Position numbers and translations under genes: made by a program. The notes beneath the pieces were generated by a model. That model did not search any database. It was not told the origin of the DNA and saw nothing but the letters and a program-made list of their open reading frames with translations. A DNA stretch of 64,000 bases from contig NZ_CP180545.1 of NCBI RefSeq assembly GCF_047778045.1, positions 1,649,480 through 1,713,479 of the forward strand. Direction: 5' to 3'. Origin of the DNA: Neptuniibacter sp. PT8_73. GTDB taxonomy: Bacteria > Pseudomonadota > Gammaproteobacteria > Pseudomonadales > Balneatricaceae. How positions within the stretch are numbered: the stretch's first letter is position 1; every line of letters begins with the position of its first letter. Of the stretch, positions 11,011-20,327 are shown one piece after another.

Positions 11011-11183
11011 CTACTTTTGTCCTCAAATTATCTTAGCTATGCAATCACAAATAACATTGTGCTGCAGTCAAGTTTACGAATCTTTACAAGTTGTAAGCGT
11101 CATCTTTTGGATTTGCTTTTCAAACTTTAATGGCTAATCATAAATGCGTCTAATGCATATTTTATATTTCGGTTATTCGTTTA

Positions 11184-12101
11184 ATGAATTTACGCTCGGT
11201 CGATCTAAATCTCCTCGTTGTGCTACAAGCGTTGTTAGCTGAGCGACATGTTTCTAAAGCTGCTGAGCGTTTGCAGATGAGCCAACCTGCTGTGAGCAGA
11301 GCGTTACAGCGATTACGTCAAACGCTTGATGATCCTCTCCTCGTTAGAACTGGAAATGGCTATGACCTTAGTGCGCGTGCTGTTGATCTGGAAAAGCAGT
11401 TAAAGCCTTTATTACAAGATGTTGCTTCGATTATGCAGCCTGAAGAGTTCAATCCAGAGCTGGCTGAGGGTGTGGTTAAGCTAACAGGCTTGGATTTAGA
11501 GTTAATCCTATTGATGCCAGATGTTGTAAGGATGCTGCGCGAAAAGGCACCGAAATTACGGGTAGAGATTGTTTCTCAACGACCAGAGCATTTCGAATAT
11601 CTTGCAAAAGGTGAAGTGCATTTTACGATCACGGGGCTATCCCCTGATTCTGGCCAGGATCAATTCAGGCGCTTTCCGATAGCGCGCACAGGTCATGTTT
11701 GTGTGATGGATCAAACTAACCCTTTAGCGAGTCAAAGCTCCATCAGTTTGAATGATTATGCGCAGGCTTCCCATGGGCTTGTTTCCATTACAGGTAAGGG
11801 GCCTGGAATGATGGATATCGAATTAGAAAAATTCGGTTTGAATCGGAGGGTGATGCTGAGGCTCGCAAGTTTTATGTCGGTTGCTGAGTTTGGCCAGGGT
11901 TCTGATCTGATTTTTACTCTACCAGAAGTAATGGCCCAGCATTTGGTAAAAAGCAGCAGCTTAGTAATTAAGCCGCTGCCTGAAGAATTTGACCTACCTG
12001 AGGTGGTGCTCTACCTCTATTGGCATGAGCGCTTCCATCAAGATCCAATGTGTCGCTGGGTGAGATCTCAGCTGTTATCAATTTTTCAGCCAGATCTATA
12101 A
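11184..12101 (+). CDS. LysR-family transcriptional regulator
   Basis: N-terminal HTH 'VSKAAERLQMSQPAVSRALQRLRQ' followed by a LysR substrate-binding domain. Confidence 0.75.
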   Translation: MNLRSVDLNLLVVLQALLAERHVSKAAERLQMSQPAVSRALQRLRQTLDDPLLVRTGNGYDLSARAVDLEKQLKPLLQDVASIMQPEEFNPELAEGVVKLTGLDLELILLMPDVVRMLREKAPKLRVEIVSQRPEHFEYLAKGEVHFTITGLSPDSGQDQFRRFPIARTGHVCVMDQTNPLASQSSISLNDYAQASHGLVSITGKGPGMMDIELEKFGLNRRVMLRLASFMSVAEFGQGSDLIFTLPEVMAQHLVKSSSLVIKPLPEEFDLPEVVLYLYWHERFHQDPMCRWVRSQLLSIFQPDL

Positions 12102-13328
12102 ATGAGAGCCTGACATCAGCTGCATGGTCTCATTACTCCAACTCAAGGCGTCATAATAAGCATCGGCATACACTTCTTGAATATGAGGCGGTAGCTTAAA
12201 GGCAGATTGGCCGATCATGTAAAAGTTAACCGCTTGCAGTAAGCGACCGGCAGGGCCTTCGTAACTAGTGACTGCTTCAACAATCTCATCGGAGACAGAC
12301 AGCTGATCTAGCAGTGATTCTTGATCGATCTCTAGGAGCGCGTCTAGCATTGAGATCACGCCAGTAATAAAAGCGAGTTCGGAATCGATCTCTTCGGTAC
12401 GATAAGCGACGGATTCGCACATTCTTGCTGTAATTAGGATCTGACGGATCAGTTCGCTCGGTTTTTCATCATTGCTAGAGAGGGCAAGCAGGGTGGCCCA
12501 CTTGTTAATCTCGTTCATGCCTAAGGCAATGATCGCCTGACTTAAACTCTCAATCTTATTCGGCAGGTTATATTGCGCAGAATTGACGATACGCAACAGT
12601 TTGAAGGTTAGTTGTGGGTCGCGAGATGAGATATCTGCTAGTACAGCAGGGGTAACATCTTGATCCTGAAGCGCCGCTAATAGGTGAATTACAATGGCCT
12701 GATTGGACGTTAATTTTTTACCTTCGACTAGTGTTGGTCTAGACAGAAATGTACCCTGAAAAAGCCTAAACCCTAAGGCATGGCAGCGCTCATATTCATC
12801 ATGAGTTTCAACGTTCTCGGCGAGAGAAACAACTTTGAAAGGGCGCATGCTTTCCAAGTGAGAAACAATCGCTTCGTCACTATGTTTACGAATGTCGACT
12901 CGAACCATATGTGCGAGTTTAAGCAACTCATCATAGTCGCTATTGTAAGTGAAATCGTCTAAAACTAAGCGGTAGCCAGCATCTACGTATTTTTTCAGTG
13001 AGCCAAGTAATTCAGGCGTGATGTTAGGTTGCTGCTTAACATCCAGAACTAAATTGTGTCGCGATAGACTTGGCAGGCTTTCGGTACGAATAAAGCTTTC
13101 AGTGACATTGAGAAACGCGGGTAAGGATTTTAATGTGCCAGAATCATAGATGCTGGTGAAGTTATTGATTAGGACATTACAGGACTCTTGGTCGCCTTTT
13201 AAAAATTTGGCTACAGCTTCACCATGCTCCGACTGGTACAACAGCTCATAGGCCACGACATTAAGTTCGCGGTCAAAAATTGGTTGTCGGGCAAGTCCTA
13301 GCTGGTTTAAATGTTCTTCCATGTGCAT
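12096..13328 (-). CDS. EAL-domain plus HDOD-domain signalling protein (c-di-GMP related)
   Basis: N-terminal EAL-type domain ('QPIFDRELNVVAYELLYQ', with the EAL motif replaced by ELL) and a C-terminal HDOD domain. The stop overlaps the convergent LysR gene by 6 nt. Confidence 0.7.
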   Translation of the reverse strand: MHMEEHLNQLGLARQPIFDRELNVVAYELLYQSEHGEAVAKFLKGDQESCNVLINNFTSIYDSGTLKSLPAFLNVTESFIRTESLPSLSRHNLVLDVKQQPNITPELLGSLKKYVDAGYRLVLDDFTYNSDYDELLKLAHMVRVDIRKHSDEAIVSHLESMRPFKVVSLAENVETHDEYERCHALGFRLFQGTFLSRPTLVEGKKLTSNQAIVIHLLAALQDQDVTPAVLADISSRDPQLTFKLLRIVNSAQYNLPNKIESLSQAIIALGMNEINKWATLLALSSNDEKPSELIRQILITARMCESVAYRTEEIDSELAFITGVISMLDALLEIDQESLLDQLSVSDEIVEAVTSYEGPAGRLLQAVNFYMIGQSAFKLPPHIQEVYADAYYDALSWSNETMQLMSGSHL

Positions 13329-13591
13329 TTATCCTGTTGTTTATTCATACAACAAATCGTAGATCGTTTAACTCTAACAGCAGAGCCACTATAAAAGCCA
13401 TGGTATTAAGAAACCCTTAACAAATTAATCAGTGGTTTTGTTATCTGGTCGTTTAAGTATAGGTTAGATCGCGATTAACGCTGCTAGGAATGAAGAGAAA
13501 TCTCAGGAGTGCTTTAGAGAGCTTGAAGGTAGAGTTATGGGTCTGAATATGAATTTTATTTCTATAAAAACAGAGAGTTAAATAATTGCAT

Positions 13592-13619
13592 TTGCATCTC
13601 AAAAAATCACTGGTATACT
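13592..13619 (+). promoter_or_regulatory. sigma70-type promoter for ffs (TTGCAT, 16 nt, TGgTATACT extended -10)
   Basis: -35 TTGCAT at 13592-13597, extended -10 TGGTATACT at 13611-13619. Lies about 50 nt upstream of the mature 4.5S 5' end, consistent with a processed leader. Confidence 0.45.
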
Positions 13620-13671
13620 GCGCGCCTGTCTTGAGTGATCTCGCTCAGACAAGGCCCTTCAGGCCCGCTAT

Positions 13672-13784
13672 GGTGGCTCTGCTGGTCCTTCCGCAATGAT
13701 AAATCGTGAACCTGGTCAGGCCCGGAAGGGAGCAGCCACAGCGGTGGATTCATGTGCCGGAATGTGGCTGGTGGAGTCATCACC
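13672..13784 (+). ncRNA. ffs: signal recognition particle 4.5S RNA
   Basis: Near-identical to the E. coli 4.5S RNA domain IV core (ACCUGGUCAGGCCCGGAAGGGAGCAGCC). 5' GGUGGCUCUGCUGG pairs with 3' CUGGUGGAGUCAUCACC. No ORF in the region. Confidence 0.85.
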
Positions 13785-14199
13785 AATTTCCCAATTCTTT
13801 GATTACCTTAGCTACGAATATCAATCAGCTATTTCGTAACTTCTTTTACTTATAAGCGTTATGGTCTGCAGCTAAGTAACAGCCAGTTAATTAGGTTTAC
13901 TTAAAATTTGCGGTGTGAAGCGATCTTAACGCGATCTTACTTAGGCGAGATATATTCTTTAGATGCGTTGCTTTTTAATCGATACAACACAAAACAAAGA
14001 ATGCCGAAGGTAATAAGGAATATATAAGGACAATAGATAATCCCAGCGAGGCCGCTGAAACTTGTCACAACGAGTAATAAAATATCTTTTATTTCTTCCA
14101 TGAGATTAGAACGTCCTTAGTTCTTCCCAAAAAATCCAAACGGTCATTTGAATTCTAGCTTAGTTTTGTCCCTGATCAAAGCAAGGTTATTCTATTGGA

Positions 14200-15450
14200 C
14201 TATGTTTTTACGCTAAGAGTACGAGGTCCATTAGCATTTTCTGGTTGTTCGCCGATCTTAATCAGCGCCAGAATTAAGCCTGATCCCACTACCATAACGA
14301 TAGCAGACAGATATAAACCTAGATTGTAATTCCCCAAGTTCTCGGCCAATAATCCGGTTAGAAATGGCGCGAGTATTTGAGCGCAGCCATAAGCAAGGGT
14401 CATCTTGCCCATGAACTTAGACGGGTTGCTAGGGAAGAAGTGACCCGCCATAGTCAGTACGAGGCTTACGCAGGCAACAAAAGTGCCTCCAAACAATATT
14501 GCTGACAAGGCAATTAATGGAAATGCATCGCTTTGTGTGGGGATCATTATGCCAATGATTTGCAGGCTATAAGCACCCAGTAAAGCTTTTAAATAGCCGT
14601 ACTTGCGTGCGACTCTATCCCATAGAACCACAGCTGGAATCGCAGCAAGCCCTATCAATACAAAGGATAAGGCACCTTGACCTTCTAAACCTTCAAGACC
14701 TTCAATGATATCCACGATAAAAGTCGCGCTAACGACATAGCCATAACCTGCACAGAAATATGCCAGTAAGAATAAGCGCGTAAACTTTTTGCTGGGTGGA
14801 TTATCTTTAGGAACTGATTGTGAATGATCAGAATGGTTATTAGGGTGAGGTATCCATAACCATGCCGGCACGGCGATGATCGCAGCTACGGATGAAAAGA
14901 ATAGCCATTGTTGCTGCCAGTTGGCAGAAAATTGTAAAAGAATTTCCACGATGATAGCCGAGATCGCTATGCTTATGCCTATACCCGAAAAGTGGATGCC
15001 GAGCTCACCTCTGTGGCCGTTGTTGACTAGCCATTTTAAGATTAGCCCCGAGGAGATGATTAACCCTCCTGATGCACAGATCCCTGCCACTAAACGCATA
15101 AAGGACCAAGTATAAAGGTCGTTAGATATAACCATTGCGGCGCTTGTCACCACGCTGAGTACCAAATATAGCTTCTGTAACAGGTACTTGTGATGAAGAT
15201 TGTTTAGGCTTGCTGCAATCAGAACACCGATCATATAGCCAATATAGTTAACGGTTGCGAGCCAGCCGCCGCCCGTTTCAGTAAGGCCTGCTTCTGCCTG
15301 CATGATGGGCAATAAAGGTGTGTAGGAAAAACGAGCGACTCCCACTGTGACAACTAAGCTACAGATGCCAGCAAAATAGACCTGACTTTTGGTAAGTGTG
15401 GTGTTCATAAATGATTGTTTGGTTTTATTGTATTTATGTTCAACAACCAT
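14200..15450 (-). CDS. MFS transporter (YbfB-like)
   Basis: 416 aa, about 12 transmembrane segments. Divergent from a LysR regulator. An alternative start at 15408 ('MNTTLTK') is possible. Confidence 0.7.
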   Translation of the reverse strand: MVVEHKYNKTKQSFMNTTLTKSQVYFAGICSLVVTVGVARFSYTPLLPIMQAEAGLTETGGGWLATVNYIGYMIGVLIAASLNNLHHKYLLQKLYLVLSVVTSAAMVISNDLYTWSFMRLVAGICASGGLIISSGLILKWLVNNGHRGELGIHFSGIGISIAISAIIVEILLQFSANWQQQWLFFSSVAAIIAVPAWLWIPHPNNHSDHSQSVPKDNPPSKKFTRLFLLAYFCAGYGYVVSATFIVDIIEGLEGLEGQGALSFVLIGLAAIPAVVLWDRVARKYGYLKALLGAYSLQIIGIMIPTQSDAFPLIALSAILFGGTFVACVSLVLTMAGHFFPSNPSKFMGKMTLAYGCAQILAPFLTGLLAENLGNYNLGLYLSAIVMVVGSGLILALIKIGEQPENANGPRTLSVKT

Positions 15451-15515
15451 AGCGCTTTCTGATAATCTTAAAAAGTGAATCTTTTAGAATTAAAACTTCA
15501 ATAAAAGAGAACTAT

Positions 15516-16358
15516 ATGGAGATTGTAGCGTTACGTACGTTTAAGGCTGTTGTTGAGGAAGAGGGCATTAAAGGTGCCTCTGAAAAGCTTAATACAGTGC
15601 AATCTAATATCACTACTAGAATTCAGAAGTTAGAAGACGAGCTTGGTTCTAAATTATTCGCACGGGTAGGTAGAAAGCTTGAGCTTACAACGACAGGGCA
15701 GCTTTTATATAAATATGCCTCCCAGATTTTGCAGTTGGAGTATCAAGCATCTACCGCAATCTTAAAAAACAAAGGCAACTACGAACTTCGTATAGGCATG
15801 CCCGAAACCTTTGCAGCGGTTCATCTACCCACGACTCTAAAACAACTTAAACGCAAGCATCCCGAAATCCTTCCTCGTATTTATACAGATACAAGCGACC
15901 GATTAGCGCTAGCAATTTTGAACGATAAGTTGGATTGCGCGTTGGTTGGGAATGCTAAGACACATGAGGATCTGCGGATCTTGCCTGTTGTTCATGAGTC
16001 GCTCGTACTTGTCACTCCTGTTGATGAAGAATATGAGCCTGTGCTGTTTGTTAGGGAAGAGGGCTGTGGTTACAGGAAGTGTGCTTTAGCTTGGCAAGAA
16101 TTAGGTGATAGGTTCACTGATGATATGATGGTGATGAGTAGTGCAGATGGAATTCTAGGATGCATTGCCGCTGGATTGGGTTACACCGTCATCGGCGAAA
16201 ATATGGTGACAGGTAGTCGATATGAAAATGCGCTTAAATCAGTACCGGTTACTCAAGGACAACAAAGAATAGAGATCTCGGTTATCTATCGAAAAGGCCA
16301 CCCACTAGAGCAGGGGATTCTGAACTTTGTCGGCCAATTTCCCGAATACAAACAATAA
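15516..16358 (+). CDS. LysR-family transcriptional regulator
   Basis: HTH 'IKGASEKLNTVQSNITTRIQKLE'. Its N-terminus is paralogous to the LysR at 48853. Confidence 0.75.
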   Translation: MEIVALRTFKAVVEEEGIKGASEKLNTVQSNITTRIQKLEDELGSKLFARVGRKLELTTTGQLLYKYASQILQLEYQASTAILKNKGNYELRIGMPETFAAVHLPTTLKQLKRKHPEILPRIYTDTSDRLALAILNDKLDCALVGNAKTHEDLRILPVVHESLVLVTPVDEEYEPVLFVREEGCGYRKCALAWQELGDRFTDDMMVMSSADGILGCIAAGLGYTVIGENMVTGSRYENALKSVPVTQGQQRIEISVIYRKGHPLEQGILNFVGQFPEYKQ

Positions 16359-16625
16359 AACAGTTATAGACTTTTGCGTTTGAATTAAAAACTTTGAGTA
16401 AGTATTTGGCTTTTAAACAATGAAATAACTTTAGAGTTATTGTTTTAATTGTACGTTATTTAATCAGTTTTCCCTCCCGAAATGTATAGATCGTAAGCAG
16501 CCTGAAAATAATCTTAATTTTTGATCGATTATTATTGAAATGGCTGCAAATGATAAATATTATCACCTGCTATTGATTATCCTTTGTATTTAATTCCTTA
16601 ATCCTAATGTAGTAAGTGCAAATAC

Positions 16626-18584
16626 ATGAATAAGCTAAACAGATTTAATTTACGCAGTAAGATCGGTTTGAGTTTCGGTTTTATCTTGTTATTGCTGGTG
16701 GCGGCATCGTTTACAGGTATTAAAGGCTTACATCACGCGGAAGATGGCTTTGTTCAATACCGTGAGTTGGCGCGGGATAGTAATCTTTCAGGGCGCTTAC
16801 AAGCGAATATGCTGAAAGTGCGCATGTCGGTAAAAAACTTTCTTATCAGTCATGACAATCAATCATTAGAGCAATACGAACAACGTATGGCGTTGATGAA
16901 TCAGTTTTTAGAGCAATCCAAGCAAGAAATTAATAATCCAGAGCGTAGCCGTTTAATTATGGAAACTGCAACGCTACTAGATGAGTATAAAACGACTTTT
17001 CAGAAGGTGGTTGGTTTAGTTAAAACTGAGGACGAGTTGTACTACAACACCTTGGCTCAGCAGGGCCCAGTTATGCGCGACAGTATTACTCAGTTAAGAA
17101 AGTTAGCTAATAACCGCGGTGAACCTGAATTGGCATTTTTAGCTTCTAATTTGCAGGAAGATCTGTTGCTAGCAAGGCTATATCTGGTTCGTTTTATGGA
17201 AAAGAACCATCAAGAAGATTTTCAGATTTCGATCAATAAATTGGATGGTGCTCTAACAAAACACCTAGAAAGCCTGAAAAAGGTGTTCCTGCTTGATAAT
17301 GAAATACAGCTGTTAGATCGTTTTGCTAAAGCACGAGATAAATATCTGGCTGCAACTCTAGAAATCCATAAGACAATTGATCAGCGCAATAACTTAGTAA
17401 TTGGGACTCTGGATGTGATCGGCCCCCAAGTTGCGAGTAATGTCGAAAAGGTAAAACTATCAGTTATTGCTGATCAAGATTCTCTAGGGCCAATGCTTCA
17501 GTCACACAATCATCAAGGCCTCGTGTCAGTGATCGTGATCTCTGTTATTGCGGTTATTCTGGGCGTTTTCTTTGCGCTTTGGATCACACGCATGATCACT
17601 CGTCCGATCCTAGAAGCGGTGAGCTATGCGGATACTTTGGCTGAAGGAGACCTTACCCAGGTGCTTGAAACAAACCGTAAAGATGAAGTGGGGAAGTTGC
17701 AGGGTTCTTTGGGGCATACAACTATTAGATTCCGTGAGATGATCACTGAGATCAACCAAGCTGGTTACAACATGAGTATGTCGGCGGAAGAGTTAGCCGC
17801 GCTGACAGAGCAAGCGCGTGCCGGGACAATGCAGCAGCAGGAAGAAACTGATCAGGTAGCATCTGCTGTAACTGAAATGGCGTATACGGCTCAGCATGTT
17901 GCGGATAACGCGTCTAGTGCAGCTTCTTCTGCGGACAGTGCTAACCATCAAGTGATGGAAGGCCGTAACAAAATGCAGATCGCGACAGAGGGGATGAATC
18001 GTCTCTCTTTAAGCTTGGATAAAACCTCTTCGGAAGTGCAACACCTGCAGCAGAAGACTCGTGATATCAATGCGATTCTTGATGTGATTCGTGAGATTGC
18101 AGAACAGACTAACCTTCTTGCCTTGAATGCAGCGATTGAGGCTGCTCGAGCAGGTGAGCAAGGTCGAGGTTTTGCTGTTGTTGCTGACGAGGTGCGCTCC
18201 CTTGCACAACGTACTCAACAGTCTACAGAGATGATTCACAATTTGATCGATGATCTACAAGCCCGTGCTAACTTGACGGTGAATGTGGTTAATCAAGGCA
18301 CGCAAGAAGCTAATCAGTGTATTGAACTGGTTGATCAGGCAGATTCTGCGTTGAATCAGATCAGTATGACAGTTGAGCAGATGAATGAAGTGAACGCTCA
18401 GATTGCTAGTTCTGCTGAACAGCAAAGTGTTGTTGCAGATGAAATTAGCCAGAGCTTGAGTAATGTACGTGTGATTGCTGAACAGAGCCGTGTAGCGGCT
18501 GATGAGACAGCTAATTCCAGTATCGCGCTAAGCGATGTTGCGGCACGTATGCAGGAAATGGTACAGCGCTTTAAAGTAAACTAA
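16626..18584 (+). CDS. methyl-accepting chemotaxis protein
   Basis: 652 aa. Transmembrane segment, roughly 280-aa periplasmic sensor, second transmembrane segment, HAMP, then an MCP signalling domain with a highly conserved hairpin tip ('[35 protein letters not shown]'). Confidence 0.85.
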   Translation: MNKLNRFNLRSKIGLSFGFILLLLVAASFTGIKGLHHAEDGFVQYRELARDSNLSGRLQANMLKVRMSVKNFLISHDNQSLEQYEQRMALMNQFLEQSKQEINNPERSRLIMETATLLDEYKTTFQKVVGLVKTEDELYYNTLAQQGPVMRDSITQLRKLANNRGEPELAFLASNLQEDLLLARLYLVRFMEKNHQEDFQISINKLDGALTKHLESLKKVFLLDNEIQLLDRFAKARDKYLAATLEIHKTIDQRNNLVIGTLDVIGPQVASNVEKVKLSVIADQDSLGPMLQSHNHQGLVSVIVISVIAVILGVFFALWITRMITRPILEAVSYADTLAEGDLTQVLETNRKDEVGKLQGSLGHTTIRFREMITEINQAGYNMSMSAEELAALTEQARAGTMQQQEETDQVASAVTEMAYTAQHVADNASSAASSADSANHQVMEGRNKMQIATEGMNRLSLSLDKTSSEVQHLQQKTRDINAILDVIREIAEQTNLLALNAAIEAARAGEQGRGFAVVADEVRSLAQRTQQSTEMIHNLIDDLQARANLTVNVVNQGTQEANQCIELVDQADSALNQISMTVEQMNEVNAQIASSAEQQSVVADEISQSLSNVRVIAEQSRVAADETANSSIALSDVAARMQEMVQRFKVN

Positions 18585-18605
18585 GTTGTAGGCTTAATCG
18601 TGACC

Positions 18606-18631
18606 AAGGGGTGATTTATCACCCCTTTTTT
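18606..18631 (+). terminator. rho-independent terminator after the MCP gene
   Basis: aaggggtgat..atcacccctt stem followed by TTTTTT. Confidence 0.7.
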
Positions 18632-18675
18632 ATACCTAATCTAAAGTAACCTTTTAATATGTAGGTTTTTCGCTA

Positions 18676-19131
18676 TTGTTATCAAAGAATGGATTTTTGC
18701 CCATCTATAAGGGTATCAGGGAGTTAACAGTGGTCGATCAAGCAAACGTAACAAATGCGCCAGTATCTGAGTCTTTAAGTCAATTGATGTCTTTGACTGC
18801 TTTCAATGAGGCGACAGCAATTGCGTTAAAGCTAGATGCTAAATATCTAGAGAATGTTTTTAATCTTTACTGGGAAAGTGCGCAACGCGAGATTAACGAG
18901 ATTGGTCAGGCGTTTGATGACGACGATCAAACACAACTAAGAAAAATCGCGCATTCACTAAAAGGTTCGTCTCGCATGTTAGGGGGCGAAAGGTTGGGTG
19001 CTTTGGCCGGTTTTGTAGAAGAAAAAGCTAAGCAAAATGAGAGTGTTCCAGAGTCTGAGCTTTTGGATTGTTTGAACACTAGTTTAGCGGAGTTTAAAAG
19101 TGCAGTGCTGCAATCCAATTTACTCTCTTAA
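18676..19131 (+). CDS. Hpt (histidine phosphotransfer) domain protein
   Basis: Hpt signature 'HSLKGSS'. Start uncertain: the track's 18676 is a TTG, and a GTG at 18730 with GGGAG upstream is an alternative. Confidence 0.55.
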   Translation: MLSKNGFLPIYKGIRELTVVDQANVTNAPVSESLSQLMSLTAFNEATAIALKLDAKYLENVFNLYWESAQREINEIGQAFDDDDQTQLRKIAHSLKGSSRMLGGERLGALAGFVEEKAKQNESVPESELLDCLNTSLAEFKSAVLQSNLLS

Positions 19132-19138
19132 TTGCTTG

Positions 19139-19945
19139 TTACGATCCGAGTAAATTGAGTACGAGTCCTCGATTGGCATTGGCTTGCGCTTGAAGCGCGA
19201 TGCCCACATCCTGCTGGATAAGGGCACTGGCACGTTCTGAGGCCGTTTGAGCAAAGTTTGTGTCACCAATTGTAGAAGCTGCTGAGGCTTCATTGATATT
19301 GGTTTCGGTAAGTCTATTGATCGTGCTATCTAATCTGTTTTGGCTTGCGCCGATTTCACCTGATACTGTCGCTAAAAACGACTGACTTTGATCGATAATA
19401 TCCAGAGCGCCGGCGTCGCTAATATCTAAAGTGAATAGACCGTTGTTATCCAATTCATCACTAACATTGAAGGTGGTAACGTTTTGAGAGTCTTCTGTGC
19501 CTGGGCCTGTTTGTAGGCGTAGCTGGCCATCCTCGGCTAGTAATGATTGGCCGTTAAAAGTACTTTGTCCAAGGGTATCTTGTATCCCACTTAATAGGGC
19601 ATCTGCTTCACTTTGCAGGGCTGCACGGTCGCTATCGTTGAGAATGCCATTTTGAGCTTGAACGGATAGTTCTCGAATACGTTGCAGTGAATCATTGACT
19701 TGATTTACCCCACCATCAGCAATCTGAAGTGCGGAGACGCCATCAAGACTATTGCGAATGGCTGCACTGTTACCCCTGATTTGTGTCTGAAAATCAATAA
19801 GTACCTGCAGGCCTGCAGGGTCAACTGCCGCATTATTGATTCGTTTACCGGAAGCTAGCTGTTCTTCCGTTTCATTTATCCGGTTTTGGATCTGATTGAA
19901 TTGATAAGAAGGGCTGGTCGATAAACCGGTAGGATTAATTGGCAT
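19139..19945 (-). CDS. short flagellin-family protein (orphan)
   Basis: 268 aa. Flagellin N-terminal ('GKRINNAAVDPAGLQV') and C-terminal ('SQNRLDSTINRLTETNINEAS') helical domains with no central variable domain. Good RBS AGGAG 7 nt before the ATG. Confidence 0.65.
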   Translation of the reverse strand: MPINPTGLSTSPSYQFNQIQNRINETEEQLASGKRINNAAVDPAGLQVLIDFQTQIRGNSAAIRNSLDGVSALQIADGGVNQVNDSLQRIRELSVQAQNGILNDSDRAALQSEADALLSGIQDTLGQSTFNGQSLLAEDGQLRLQTGPGTEDSQNVTTFNVSDELDNNGLFTLDISDAGALDIIDQSQSFLATVSGEIGASQNRLDSTINRLTETNINEASAASTIGDTNFAQTASERASALIQQDVGIALQAQANANRGLVLNLLGS

Positions 19946-20261
19946 AAAACTCTCCTGACTTAACTTAGTCAGTATAGTCTTCTTTCATAGAACTTGAGTT
20001 GATTTCTGTTCACGTGAAATGGATAAAAAAAGGGCGCACAACTGTGCGCCCTGAAATCTTGCAATGGAATAAACACGGACGAGTACAAAACCGTTGTACT
20101 CTTAAACTCTAGGTAAAGAAGCAGCCCTAAAGTAAAACTAATAATAGGTATAAAAATTTGTGGTGCCAATGGTTCCTTAGTGTCCATTAAATAATCAGGG
20201 ACATTTACTCCTTTATGACCACGTATATTTGTTATCGGTGAAAAAAGGTAAATCTAAGAAA

Positions 20262-20294
20262 TGAAATAAATAAAGCTGCTCGAAAGGCAGCTTT
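20262..20294 (-). terminator. terminator downstream of hisC
   Basis: aaagctgc-tcgaaag-gcagcttt hairpin followed on the minus strand by a T-rich tract. Confidence 0.5.
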
Positions 20295-20327
20295 ATCAGA
20301 GTTTTTGCAGCAGTCACATAGCGCTGT

